From the NCBI RefSeq assembly GCF_046119375.1, contig NW_027362771.1, forward strand, positions 226,796,001 to 226,860,000: 64,000 nucleotides of DNA, given 5' to 3'. The notes under the pieces were generated by a model that made no database searches, had not been told where the DNA came from, and was given only the letters and a program-made list of their open reading frames with translations. The translations under genes were made by a program, and so were the position numbers. Below are positions 49,161-62,184 of this stretch, piece after piece. Positions within the stretch are counted from its first letter, which is position 1; each line of letters starts with the position of its first letter. The stretch is from Phyllobates terribilis. Its lineage: Eukaryota.

Positions 49161-51947
49161 TTAGATGCAGAAAAAAATTATATTCAATTTGCAACCTGAT
49201 GGAGGTCAGTATAGATGGACTAATAGAACAAGTCCCACACACAGCTAGAAGCCCAAATATTTTTTCAGAGGTAGATGCAGAAAAAAATTGTATTCAGTTT
49301 GCAACCTGATGGAGGTCAGTATAGATGGACTAATAGAACAAGTCCTACACACAGCTAGAAGCCCAAATATTTTTTCAGAGGTAGATGCAGAAAAAAATTA
49401 TATTCAGTTTGCAACCTGATGGAGGTCTGTATAGATGGATTAATAGAACAAGTCCCACACACAGCTAGAAGCCCAAATATTTTTTCAGAGGTAGATGCAG
49501 AAAAAAATTGTATTCAGTTTGCAACCTGATGGAGGTCAGTATAGATGGACTAATAGAACAAGTCCTACACACAGCTAGAAGCCCAAATATTTTTTCAGAG
49601 GTAGATGCAGAAAAAAATTATATTCAGTTTGCAACCTGATGGAGGTCTGTATAGATGGATTAATAGAACAAGTCCCACACACAGCTAGAAGCCCAAATAT
49701 TTTTTCAGAGGTAGATGCAGAAAAAAATTATATTCAGTTTGCAACCTGATGGAGGTCTGTATAGATGGATTAATAGAACAAGTCCCACACACAGCTAGAA
49801 GCCCAATATTTTTTCAGAGGTAGATGCAGAAAAAAAAAATATTCAGTTTGCAACCTGATGGAGGTCAGTATAGATGGACTAATAGAGAAAGTCCCACACA
49901 CTGCTAGAAGGCCAAATATTTTTTCAGAGCTAGATGCAGACAAAAAATTATTTTTAATTTGCAACCTGATGGAGGTCAGTATAGATGGACTAATAGAGAA
50001 AGTCCCACACACTGCTAGAAGGCCAAATATTTTTTCAGAGCTAGATGCAGATATAAATTATTTTTAATTTGCAACCTGAGGGAGGTCAGTATAGATGGAC
50101 TAATAGAGAAAGTCCCACACACTGCTAGAAGGCCAAATATTTTTTCAGAGCTAGATGCAGAAAAAAATTATATTCAGTTTGCAACCTGATGGAGGTCAGT
50201 ATAGATGGACTAATAGAACAAGTCCCACACACAGCTAGAAGCCCAAATATTTTTTCAGAGGTAGATGCAGAAAAAAATTATATTCAGTTTGCAACCTGAT
50301 GGAGGTCTGTATAGATGGATTAATAGAACAAGTCCCACACACAGCTAGAAGCCCAATATTTTTTCAGAGGTAGATGCAGAAAAAAAAAATATTCAGCTTG
50401 CAACCTGATGGAGGTCAGTATAGATGGACTAATAGAGAAAGTCCCACACACTGCTAGAAGGCCAAATATTTTTTCAGAGCTAGATGCAGACAAAAAATTA
50501 TTTTTAATTTGCAACCTGATGGAGGTCAGTATAGATGGACTAATAGAGAAAGTCCCACACACTGCTAGAAGGCCAAATATTTTTTCAGAGCTAGATGCAG
50601 ACAAAAAATTATTTTGAATTTGCAACCTGATGAAGGTCAGTATAGATGGACTAATAGAGAAAGTCCCACACACTGCTAGAAGGCCAAATATTTTTTCAGA
50701 GCTAGATACAGATAAAAATTATTTTTAATTTGCAACCTGATGGAAGTCAGTATAGATGGACTAATAGAGAAAGTCCCACACACTGCTAGAAGGCCAAATA
50801 TTTTTTCAGAGCTAGATGCAGAAAAAAATTATATTCAGTTTGCAACCTGATGGAGGTCAGTATAGATGGACTAATAGAACAAGTCCCATACACAGCTAGA
50901 AGCCCAAATATTTTTTCAGAGGTAGATGCAGATAAAAATTATTTTTAATTTGCAACCTGATGGAGGTCAGTATAGATGGACTAATAGAGAAAGTCCCACA
51001 CACTGCTAGAAGGCCAAATATTTTTTCAGAGCTAGATGCAGACAAAAAATTGTTTTGAATTTGCAGCGTGATGGAGGTCAGTATAGATGGACTAATAGAA
51101 CAAGTCCCACACACTGCTAGAAGGCCAAATATTTTTTCAGAGCTAGATGCAGAAAAAAAATATATTCAGTTTGCAAACTGATGGAGGTCAGTATAGATGG
51201 ACTAATAGAGAAAGTACCACACACTGCTAGAAGGCCAAATATTTTTTCAGAGCTAGATGCAGACAAAAAATTATTTTTAATTTGCAACCTGATGGAGGTC
51301 AGTATAGATGGACTAATAGAGAAAGTCCCACACACTGCTAGAAGGCCAAATATTTTTTCAGAGCTAGATGCAGAAAAAAATTATATTCAATTTGCAACCT
51401 GATGGAGGTCAGTATAGATGGACTAATAGAACAAGTCCCACACACAGCTAGAAGCCCAAATATTTTTTCAGAGGTAGATGCAGAAAAAAATTATATTCAG
51501 TTTGCAACCTGATGGAGATCTGTATAGATGGATTAATAGAACAAGTCCCACACACAGCTAGAAGCCCAATATTTTTTCAGAGGTAGATGCAGAAAAAATA
51601 TATATTCAGTTTGCAACCTGATGGAGGTCAGTATAGATGGACTAATAGAGAAAGTCCCACACACTGCTAGAAGGCCAAATATTTTTTCAGAGCTAGATGC
51701 AGACAAAAAATTATTTTTAATTTGCAACCTGATGGAGGTCAGTATAGATGGACTAATAGAGAAAGTTCCACACACTGCTAGAAGGCCAAATATTTTTTCA
51801 GAGCTAGATGCAGATATAAATTATTTTTAATTTGCAACCTGATGGAGGTCAGTATAGATCGACTAATATAGAAAGTCCCACACACTGCTAGAAGGCCAAA
51901 TATTTTTTCAGAGCTAGATGCAGAAAAAAATTATATTCAGTTTGCAA
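49161..51947. repeat. 110-bp satellite array (~25 monomers)
   Basis: Same monomer as 16361-17858. Confidence 0.97.
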
Positions 51948-53265
51948 AACAGGTGTGACTGCTGTCCCCCCAGTCACAGAGGATGAAGAGGCCGCGGATG
52001 CACAAGATATGGCAGACGGTGGTTGGCCCGGCCGGCTAGGCCGCATTGTAGCACACTGAGCTTCCCACTGCAACTTATGCTTCATGTCCATGTGCCGGTT
52101 CATGCATGAAGTACTCAAACTATGTATTTTTTGGCCTCTACTTAGCTTTTGCTGACAAATGTTACAGATAACACGAGTTGGGTCATCTTTATCGATCTGA
52201 AAAAATGCCCAGGCTATGCAAGGCTTAGCACCCATGCGACCTGAAGAGCCACCACGACTTGTGGTGAGAGGCAGAGTTGTGTTTGAGGATGCAGTTGTTG
52301 ACGTGCTTCCAGTACTACGTCTCTGTCCAAGATGGCGCAACCTGACCTCGTCGTCACTAGCATCTTCCTCCACCTCCTCTGCTGACCTCATCTCTTGGCT
52401 GACTGTGGGTTGACAGTAAGTGGGATCTCCAACCTCATCATCATCACCCTGTGCGTTATCACACCCGTCGTCCTCAGAGCCAACCTTTTCCTGCCCTGAC
52501 AAAAAACTAAAGTTGTCGCTCCAATCAGGTATTTGAGTCTCATCATCGTCTTCCTCATTGTCTCCACCAACAGGAGTTACAGTTTGGGAATGAGGGTCTA
52601 CATTATGGTCAGAACCTTCTGCGTCTGGTCCTGGATCCGACTCATAAAGATTCTGGGCAACAGTGCAGATCATTTCCTCGTCTGGATTCACAGAAGCGCT
52701 GGAGTCGACCTCTGATTCCCAGGCTATAGTATGAGTAAACAGCTCTGCAGACTCAACCATCTGTTCTACCTCATACTCAGACGGGCAGCTGGAGATTTGG
52801 GAGCTGTGAGGAAGCAAGTGCGATTGGGGTGACACCTTTGAGGACTGGAGTATTTGTGATGTTGAAGTTGATGTGGAGGAGAGCCCATTTAAAGGAGCAC
52901 TTGATATCCGTTGAAGCACCTGCTGTTTTTGTGCCTCATCTGGAATTTGTAGCGATTGGCGTGGCCGTAAGAAAGTGATCTTATCACATTGTCCGCTAAA
53001 AGAAGTAGACATTTTAGTTTGGCTGGAAGATGGTCTTTCTTCTGCAGATGTTACTGTTGCTTTAACACCTACCCCACGGACACAACCTTTTTTCCCCTTC
53101 CCAACACGCCTATTCCCCTTTCCACCAGCAGCAGGCCTTTTTCCACTCATTTTGGTGGTTAACTAATTCACAACTCTGGAGTTGTTTGCACAAAAAAACA
53201 ATGGATGGGAACCGAGCAGAGCTGAGTGGCCAAACTGTGGTATTAGGCCAAAACTATTGGCTGGG
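51945..53265 (-). pseudogene. Internal duplication of the transposase 5' third and its leader, embedded in the satellite
   Basis: Copy of ~47840-49160. ORF 51888-53150 encodes the N-terminus plus BED finger and then runs into satellite. Confidence 0.95.
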
Positions 53266-56200
53266 TTAGATGCAGAAAAAAATTATATTCAATTTGCAAC
53301 CTGATGGAGGTCAGTATAGATGGACTAATAGAACAAGTCCCGCACACAGCTAGAAGCCCAAATATTTTTTCCGAGGTAGATGCAGAAAAAAATTGTATTC
53401 AGTTTGCAACCTGATGGAGGTCAGTATAGATGGACTAATAGAACAAGTCCTACAAACAGCTAGAAGCCCAAATATTTTTTCAGAGGTAGATGCAGAAAAA
53501 AATTATATTCAGTTTGCAACCTGATGGAGGTCTGTATAGATGGATTAATAGAACAAGTCCCACACACAGCTAGAAGCCCAAATATTTTTTCAGAGGTAGA
53601 TGCAGAAAAAAATTATATTCAGTTTGCAACCTGATGGAGGTCTGTATAGATGGATTAATAGAACAAGTCCCACACACAGCTAGAAGCCCAATATTTTTTC
53701 AGAGGTAGATGCAGAAAAAAAATATATTCAGTTTGCAACTTGATGGAGGTCAGTATAGATGGACTAATAGAGAAAGTCCCAGACACTGCTAGAAGGCCAA
53801 ATATTTTTTCAGAGCTAGATGCAGACAAAAAATTATTTTTAATTTGCAACCTGATGGAGGTCAGTATAGATGGACTAATAGAGAAAGTCCCACACACTGC
53901 TAGAAGGCCAAATATTTTTTCAGAGCTAGATGCAGATATAAATTATTTTTAATTTGCAACCTGATGGAGGTCAGTATAGATGGACTAATAGAGAAAGTCC
54001 CACACACTGCTAGAAGGCCAAATATTTTTTCAGAGCTAGATGGCGAAAAAAATTATATTCAGTTTGCAACCTGATGGAGGTCAGTATAGATGGACTAATA
54101 GAACAAGTCCCACACACAGCTAGAAGCCCAAATATTTTTTCAGAGGTAGATGCAGAAAAAAGTTATATTCAGTTTGCAACCTGATGGAGGTCTGTATAGA
54201 TGGATTAATAGAACAAGTCCCACACACAGCTAGAAGCCCAATTTTTTTTCAGAGGTAGATGCAGAAAAAAAATATATTCAGTTTGCAACCTGATGGAGGT
54301 CAGTATAGTTGGACAAATAGAGAAAGTCCGACACACTGCTAGAAGGCCAAATATTTTTTCAGAGCTAGATGCAGACAAAAAATTATTTTTAATTTGCAAC
54401 CTGATGGAGGTCAGTATAGATGGACTAATAGAGAAAGTCCCACACACTGCTAGAAGGCCAAATATTTTTTCAGAGCTAGATGCAGATATAAATTATTTTT
54501 AATTTGCAACCTGATGGAGGTCAGTATAGATGGACTAATAGAACAAGTCCCACACACAGCTAGAAGGCCAAATATTTTTTCAGAGGTAGATGCAGATAAA
54601 AATTATTTTTAATTTGCAGCCTGATGGAGGTCAGTATAGATGGACTAATAGAGAAAGTCCCACACACTGCTAGAAGGCCAAATATTTTTTCAGAGCTAGA
54701 TGCAGACAAAAAATTATTTTGAATTTGCAACCTGATGGAGGTCAGTATAGATGGACTAATAGAGAAAGTCCCACACACTGCTAGAAGGCCAAATATTTTT
54801 TCAGAGCTAGATGCAGAAAAAAATTATATTCAGTTTGCAACCTGATGGAGGTCAGTATAGATGGACTAATAGAACAAGTCCCACACACAGCTAGTAGCCC
54901 AAATATTTTTTCAGAGGTAGATGCAGATAAAAATTATTTTTAATTTGCAACCTGATGGAGGTCAGTATAGATGGACTAATAGAGAAAGTCCCACACACTG
55001 CTAGAAGGCCAAATATTTTTTCAGAGCTAGATGCAGATATAAATTATTTTTAATTTGCAACCTGATGGAGGTCAGTATAGATGGACTAATAGAACAAGTC
55101 CCACACACAGCTAGAAGGCCAAATATTTTTTCAGAGGTAGATGCAGATAAAAATTATTTTTAATTTGCAGCCTGATGGAGGTCAGTATAGATGGACTAAT
55201 AGAGAAAGTCCCACACACTGCTAGAAGGCCAAATATTTTTTCAGAGCTAGATGCAGACAAAAAATTATTTTGAATTTGCAACCTGATGGAGGTCAGTATA
55301 GATGGACTAATAGAGAAAGTCCCACACACTGCTAGAAGGCCAAATATTTTTTCAGAGCTAGATGCAGAAAAAAATTATATTCAGTTTGCAACCTGATGGA
55401 GGTCAGTATAGATGGACTAATAGAACAAGTCCCACACACAGCTAGTAGCCCAAATATTTTTTCAGAGGTAGATGCAGATAAAAATTATTTTTAATTTGCA
55501 ACCTGATGGAGGTCAGTATAGATGGACTAATAGAGAAAGTCCCACACACTGCTAGAAGGCCAAATATTTTTTCAGAGCTAGATGCAGATATAATTTATTT
55601 TTAATTTGCAACCTGATGGAGGTCAGTATAGATGGACTAATAGAACAAGTCCCACAAACAGCTAGAAGCCCAAATATTTTTTCAGAGGTAGATGCAGAAA
55701 AAAATTATATTCAGTTTGCAACCAGATGGAGGTCTGTATAGATGGATTAATAGAACAAGTCCCACACACAGCTAGAAGCCCAATATTTTTTCAGAGGTAG
55801 ATGCAGAAAAAAAATATATTCAGTTTGCAACCTGATGGAGGTCAGTATAGATGGACTAATAGAGAAAGTCCCACACACTGCTAGAAGGCCAAATATTTTT
55901 TCAGAGCTAGATGCAGACAAAGAAATATTTTTAATTTGCAACCTGATGGAGGTCAGTATAGATGGACTAATAGAGAAAGTTCCACACACTGCTAGAAGGC
56001 CAAATATTTTTTCAGAGCTAGATGCAGATATAAATTATTTTTAATTTGCAACCTGATGGAGGTCAGTATAGATGGACTAATAGAGATAGTCCCACACACT
56101 GCTAGAAGGCCAAATATTTTTTCAGACCTAGATGCAGAAAAAAATTATATTCAGTTTGCAACCTGATGGAGGTCAGTATAGATGGACTAATAGAACAAGT

Positions 56201-58068
56201 CCCACACACAGCTAGTAGCCCAAATATTTTTTCAGAGGTAGATGCAGATAAAAATTATTTTTAATTTGCAACCTGATGGAGGTCAGTATAGATGGACTAA
56301 TAGAGAAAGTCCCACACACTGCTAGAAGGCCAAATATTTTTTCAGAGCTAGATGCAGATATAATTTATTTTTAATTTGCAACCTGATGGAGGTCAGTATA
56401 GATGGACTAATAGAGAAAGTCCCACACACTGCTAGAAGGCCAAATATTTTTTCAGAGCTAGATGTAGAAAAAAATTATATTCAATTTGCAACCTGATGGA
56501 GGTCAGTATAGATGGACTAATAGAACAAGTCCCACAAACAGCTAGAAGCCCAAATATTTTTTCAGAGGTAGATGCAGAAAAAAATTATATTCAGTTTGCA
56601 ACCAGATGGAGGTCTGTATAGATGGATTAATAGAACAAGTCCCACACACAGCTAGAAGCCCAATATTTTTTCAGAGGTAGATGCAGAAAAAAAATATATT
56701 CAGTTTGCAACCTGATGGAGGTCAGTATAGATGGACTAATAGAGAAAGTCCCACACACTGCTAGAAGGCCAAATATTTTTTCAGAGCTAGATGCAGACAA
56801 AAAAATATTTTTAATTTGCAACCTGATGGAGGTCAGTATAGATGGACTAATAGAGAAAGTTCCACACACTGCTAGAAGGCCAAATATTTTTTCAGAGCTA
56901 GATGCAGATATAAATTATTTTTAATTTGCAACCTGATGGAGGTCAGTATAGATGGACTAATAGAGAAAGTCCCACACACTGCTAGAAGGCCAAATATTTT
57001 TTCAGACCTAGATGCAGAAAAAAATTATATTCAGTTTGCAACCTGATGGAGGTCAGTATAGATGGACTAATAGATCAAGTCCCACACACAGCTAGAAGGC
57101 CAAATATTTTTTCAGAGGTAGATGCAGATAAAAATTATTTTTAATTTGCAGCTTGATGGAGGTCAGTATAGATGGACTAATAGAGAAAGTCCCACACACT
57201 GCTAGAAGGCCAAATATTTTTTCAGAGCTAGATGCAGACAAAAAATTATTTTTAATTTGCAACCTGATGGAGGTCAGTATAGATGGACTAATAGAGAAAG
57301 TCCCACACACTGCTAGAAGGCCAAATATTTTTTCAGAGCTAGACGCAGACAAAAAATTATTTTTAATTTGCAACCTGATGGAGGTCAGTATAGATGGACT
57401 AATAGAGAAAGTCCCACACACTGCTAGAAGGCCAAATATTTTTTCAGAGCTAGATGCAGATAAAAAATATTTTTAATTTGCAGCCTGATGGAGGTCAGTA
57501 TAGATGGACTAATAGAGAAAGTCCCACACACTGCTAGAAGGCCAAATATTTTTTCAGAGCTAGATGCAGAAAAAAATTATATTCAGTTTGCAACCTGATG
57601 GAGGTCAGTATAGATGGACTAATAGAACAAGTCCCACACACAGCTAGAAGCCCAAATATTTTTTCAGAGGTAGATGCAGATAAAAATTATTTTTAATTTG
57701 CAACCTGATGGAGGTCAGTATAGATGGACTAATAGAGAAAGTCCCACACACTGCTAGAAGGCCAAATATTTTTTCAGAGCTAGATGCAGACAAAAAATTA
57801 GTTTGAATTTGCAGCGTGATGGAGGTCAGTATAGATGGACTAATAGAACAAGTCCCACACACTGCTGGAAGGCCAAATATTTTTTCAGGGCTAGATGCAG
57901 AAAAAAATTATATTCAGTTTGCAACCTGATGGAGGTCAGTATAGATGGACTAATAGAACAAGTCCCACACACTGCTAGAAGCCCAAATATTTTTTCAGAG
58001 CTAGATGCAGAAAAAAATTATATTCAATTTGCAACCTGATGGAGGTCAGTATAGATGGACTAATAGAA
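53266..58068. repeat. 110-bp satellite array (~44 monomers)
   Basis: Same monomer, with apparent 5- and 8-monomer higher-order periodicity. Confidence 0.97.
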
Positions 58069-58984
58069 TGATGCTATGCCCAAAAGATTTTACTTCACTA
58101 GGTGCAGTAAAAAAATTGGTATTCTATACACAGGTGGTATATCTTGCAACACAGATAGGCTACTCCACTGACTAACACACTCTGCAATAGGCCAAAAAGG
58201 ATTAGCTTTGCTAGATTCAGCCAAATGCTGTGAAAAAAACTTGCACAGCACTGGCACAGACCTGCCTGGCAAAAACTGATAGGAACTGATGTAACCTAGT
58301 CCTGAAAAGGACTGCAATTACAATTAGTCTTTACTCCCACAATCTATCTATTTAAGAGCACAGACCTGCCTGATAAAAGTCATAGGAAATGCTATAACCT
58401 AGTCCTTAAAAGGACTGCAATCACAACTATTCCCTACTCCCAAGCTATCTGTAGATTTGTGCGAAAATTGGCTTGAAATTAACAAGGTATAGCGCACACA
58501 GCAACAGCGGTGCCGTCTAACACGCAGCTGCAGCCGTGAGAAAATGGTGGCGACGGGGAAAATGGCTTGGTCTTATAGGGCAAGGACATGTGACATACAC
58601 TGCCAATGACACATGCCCTTGCTTGTGTGAAAAAAAGCACTTCGCTCCGTATGTGCGCTGCTGATAGGCTGACAGATTGCACCTCCCCACTGTAAATGCG
58701 GGAAAGAGAAAAAAAAATGGAGATCTTCATTATTCCTGCAGAGATCCATCCCCTGCCCCTCCCCCCACCCCGCTGTACACTCAAACTGCGTATTAACATT
58801 AATTTTCATCATTACTGAGAAAAAATCCAGTTATGATTTTGGTGCACGAACAGTTATCGAACATAACCTCGAACAGCCGAATTTTTCTCAAATCGTTCGT
58901 GTTCGCCGAACGGCTCGAACACCGCCCAAAACAGCTCGAATTTGAGATTGGCGAACAGTTCGAGTCGAACAACGCTCATCTCTA

Positions 58985-60850
58985 GTTATGTTTGAACATT
59001 GGCGGCAGCCTATGCATGGGAAATTGCCTAAGCGTGGTGTAGATAATGTCGTCTGGTGTGTCCTTAGGTTAAAACTCCCAATGTCGGCCCGTACCAGTCT
59101 GTCCCTAAGGTTCAGAGGTCTTTTGTTACATACCATGACCGGCTCTTGAAAGTCCGTGATCTTGGGATATGAATTGCTCAGTATTGGCCAATGAACCCTC
59201 AGAATATCACGGATTAGAGTCTGGCATGGATGGTAGGTGTTTACAAAAGTCATGCGGTTCGTCTTGGGTGTCTGTCGTCTGGGGGTAAGTGGTGGAAAGG
59301 CTGTTGGAGATGGGTAAACTCTGTTAATGAACTTTTGTCCCATTTCCATGTGTCGTTGGGTACGTGATGCTGGATCCGATACAATTCTACTGACTCTGGT
59401 GTGTTGTGAAATGGGTAGGGCATTTTTAATATGTCGGGGATGGCAACTGTTGTAATGAAGTAGACTATTACGGTCTGTAGGTTTGACAAAAAGATCAGTT
59501 GTGAAGTGGCCTCCTTCCTCTTGGATGATGGTTATATCAAGGAAATTGATGCAATGTTTGTCATGGTTCATAGTAAAGGAAATTTGAGGGGTACAATTAT
59601 TTAGGTAGTTGACAAATTCCATAAGTTTAGTCTCGGTGTTACCCCAGATGACATCAATATAACGTTTCCACATTTTGACGTCAGTGAAGGTGTTCAAAGA
59701 CACATACTGATGTTCGAAGTGTGCCATGAAGATATTAGCATATTTGGGGGCCATGTTGGACCCCATAGCTGTCCCTCGTTTCTGGATGTAATATTTGTCC
59801 CCAAAGAGGAAAAAATTATTATTAAGGATAATATCCGCTAGATCCCTACAGAGATCTATACGTGATTGGGGATATCCGCTATATTTGTCTAGGAACCATT
59901 GCAATGCCTGCAAACCAAGAGTATGATCAATTGATGTATATAGGCTATTCACATCAAATGTGACAAGAATGCATCCTGGGGGAATGGTGACCAGGTGATG
60001 AAGTTGTGACAGAAAATCAGAGGAGTCTTTGATATATGATGGAATGGCCGGTAACAATGGTGTCAAGATTTTCTCTACGGTTTTGGCTAGAGGGGATAAT
60101 AGTGAGTCTGTGGATGCCACAATGGGGCGTCCTGGAGGGTGTAGTAAATTTTTATGAATCTTGGGAAGTGTATAGAACACTGGGGTGACTGGATGTGTGT
60201 TAATGAGATACTCAGATAGTTTCTGATCAATAATGCCACGGCTAGATAGTGATTCTACTTTGCTCTGTATAAGTCGACTGATGCGATGTGTAGGGTTAAT
60301 GGTGACCTGGGTGTACACTTGTTGGTCATTTAGCTGTCCCTCAATCTCGCTCACATAATAAGAGCGATCCATGACCTCTATGGTGCCCCCCCTTGTCCAC
60401 TGGCTTAATCATGATTAGGTTATTCTTGGATAAGGAATTCCGGGTCTGTTTTTCCTCCCTAATAAGGTTGGTGTGTAAAGGGTATTCATTATGTTGTATT
60501 TTTGTCCTGAGTGTTTCAATGTCCTTATTGACAAGTGAGATATAAGTTTCCACTGGGTGATATATTTTTGGGGGGTTAAAGCGTGAAAGTAACCTCAGTC
60601 CCAGTTCCGTCAGTGATAGTTGTTCAGGATTCTGTGGTGCAGTGGAAGAAGGTGTCGAGTGGTCATCATTGGTGGAGAAATGTACCCTAAGCCTCAGACT
60701 GCGAAAAAAGCGTCTAAGTTCGAGGTCTAGGGTGAATGGGTCGTAGGACGGGGTTGGGCAAAAGGATAATCCCCTCTGTAGTGGTCCAATCTCTGTGGGG
60801 GTAAGGACTTGTGAGGAAATGTTGTATACAAGGTTGTCGGCCTACCTGTG
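58985..60850 (-). pseudogene. PLE ORF2 reverse-transcriptase region of copy 1, frameshifted and with a damaged YIDD motif
   Basis: Motifs DKG, FYTLPKIHK, PGRPIVAS, FDVNSLYTSI, GTAMGSNMAP, INFLDITI and a CxxCxxC linker. The catalytic motif reads RYIDVIWG, lacking the second Asp. There is a +1 shift near 60385. Confidence 0.93.
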
Positions 60851-61595
60851 ATCGGAGGGTCATTCTCTCGGGCTGCACCTGTAGGGGAACAGGAGGTGGT
60901 ATAGTGGTTAGGAATCTGGGGGACTCTGTAGACTGAACCCCTATGGCCCCGTCGCGTTTGGCGCGTCGGGGTTGTCGTGCCCCAAAAAAACATCTGGGAC
61001 GTTGGGATGTGTACTCGCTGTCGCTGCCGGAGGATGAGTAAAAACGTGAGCTGTATGTAGTGTGGCCTGATCGCCATTTATATACCCTGCCGGATAAGTA
61101 GTCTTCCTCGTCTCGCTTGAACTTAAGTAATTTACGGTCTTTTAGTGTCTTCTTATAAGAGAGTAGGATGTCAGTCGTTTTCTTCTTAAGGCCCTCAAAT
61201 TGTTCGGTGGAAATGGTATTCACCAGTTGGTCTTCTAAGGAGATGATCCTCCCTTCTAGTTCTGTTATCTCCTTTTGTATGGATTCAATGGTCAGTAAAA
61301 TCAAGTCCATGGAGCATTTGTTGAGGATGCTCTCGAATTTATTGCAGAAGTCAGCGTTATCGGAAAATAGGGTGGGTTGAAGATTGACCCTGAGTCCTCT
61401 GGGGATCCTTTTGACGCGGTGATACTCAGCAAGAGTGGAGAGATGAAGGTCCAGAGCAACTAGTTTCTTTCTTTCCTTTTCGTAGTCTCGTGTCTTGTTG
61501 TCCTCAATGGACGAGTGAAGAAAGATATTTCTATCAATTTTCGATAGAATTGCTACGGTATCTTCCTCATTGTAGGCAAATGTGTTAAATGACAT
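60714..61595 (-). CDS. PLE ORF1 (coiled-coil/basic protein of unknown function), copy 1
   Basis: 293-aa ORF directly upstream of and overlapping the RT region, with heptad-like IQKEITELEGRIISLEDQL. Near-identical to 62453-63196. Confidence 0.75.
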   Translation of the reverse strand: MSFNTFAYNEEDTVAILSKIDRNIFLHSSIEDNKTRDYEKERKKLVALDLHLSTLAEYHRVKRIPRGLRVNLQPTLFSDNADFCNKFESILNKCSMDLILLTIESIQKEITELEGRIISLEDQLVNTISTEQFEGLKKKTTDILLSYKKTLKDRKLLKFKRDEEDYLSGRVYKWRSGHTTYSSRFYSSSGSDSEYTSQRPRCFFGARQPRRAKRDGAIGVQSTESPRFLTTIPPPVPLQVQPERMTLRSQVGRQPCIQHFLTSPYPHRDWTTTEGIILLPNPVLRPIHPRPRT

Positions 61596-61639
61596 GGGGA
61601 TATAGCCTAGGAGCCTTGGTTACAACCAAATAGAAATAA

Positions 61640-61957
61640 ATAATTAATAAAGACCAAGCTCAACTATTGAAAAAGAAGGGTGCCAGGAATACAACACATG
61701 CATCCGTGTAGATAAAGATTCTGGCACACCAAATAATATAGAAAAGTCTCATATAGGTGATAAAATAGTAGATGCTTTATTTCTCCAATATCAACTGGTT
61801 CAAATCGTGGTCAGTATACAGTTGCCCAACGTTTCAACCCCAACGGGGTTTTCCTCAGGGGCATCAGAAGAGCTTAAAAACCAGAGCATAAACAAAAATA
61901 AAGACATAAGTGAGATACAATATAGTAGATAATACAATGAGCAATATATACCAAAAT
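61640..61957 (-). repeat. 5' pseudo-LTR of PLE copy 1
   Basis: Direct repeat of 38713-39030. Confidence 0.92.
61823..61863 (-). ncRNA. Minimal type I hammerhead ribozyme
   Basis: Minus strand reads UGCCC-CUGAGGA-A-AACCCC-GUU-GGGGUU-GAAAC-GUU-GGGCA. Confidence 0.82.
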
Positions 61958-62044
61958 ATATAGAAAAGTCTCATATAGGTGATAAAATAGTAGATGCTTT
62001 ATTTCTCCAATATCAACTGGTTCAAATCGTGGTCAGTATACAGT

Positions 62045-62085
62045 TGCCCAACGTTTCAACCCCAACGGGGTTTTCCTCAGGGGCA
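62045..62085 (-). ncRNA. Minimal type I hammerhead ribozyme (tandem duplicate)
   Basis: Identical motif 222 nt from the previous one, inside a ~130-bp duplicated pLTR piece (61958-62088). Confidence 0.82.
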
Positions 62086-62184
62086 TACCTATTTTGGTAT
62101 ATATTGCTCATTGTATTATCCACTATATTGTATCTCACTTATGTCTTTATTTTTGTTTATGCTGTGGTTTTTAAGCTCTTCTGA

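Larger units (their letters stand above)
40760..58984 (-). mobile_element. Composite hAT DNA transposon, copy 2 (18.2 kb)
   Basis: 8-bp TSD GTTATGTT at 40752-40759 and 58985-58992. Same termini and internal order as copy 1. Confidence 0.96.
38713..61957 (-). mobile_element. Penelope-like retroelement copy 1 (~5 kb without the insert), interrupted by hAT copy 2
   Basis: Direct terminal repeats at 38713-39030 and 61640-61957. RT and GIY-YIG coding halves rejoin (CRQCSNITR|GSTFTHP) when the hAT and one TSD copy are removed. Confidence 0.93.

Noticed and set aside
49161-58068. CRISPR-like regular array and many repeated 69-117 aa ORFs (MEVSIDGLIEK..., MCGTFSISP...)
   Set aside because: These are contiguous 110-bp monomers with no unique spacers and no cas genes, in a eukaryotic context. 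The ORFs are by-products of the repeat.
8076-58984. The two hAT copies as a segmental duplication or assembly duplicate
   Set aside because: They have different 8-bp TSDs, unrelated flanks and copy-specific mutations.
60825-60860. TAG acting as a splice acceptor to join ORF1 to ORF2 in PLE copy 1
   Set aside because: The stop before DNLVYN results from a 1-nt deletion specific to copy 1. In copy 2 the ORF2 frame is open through this point.
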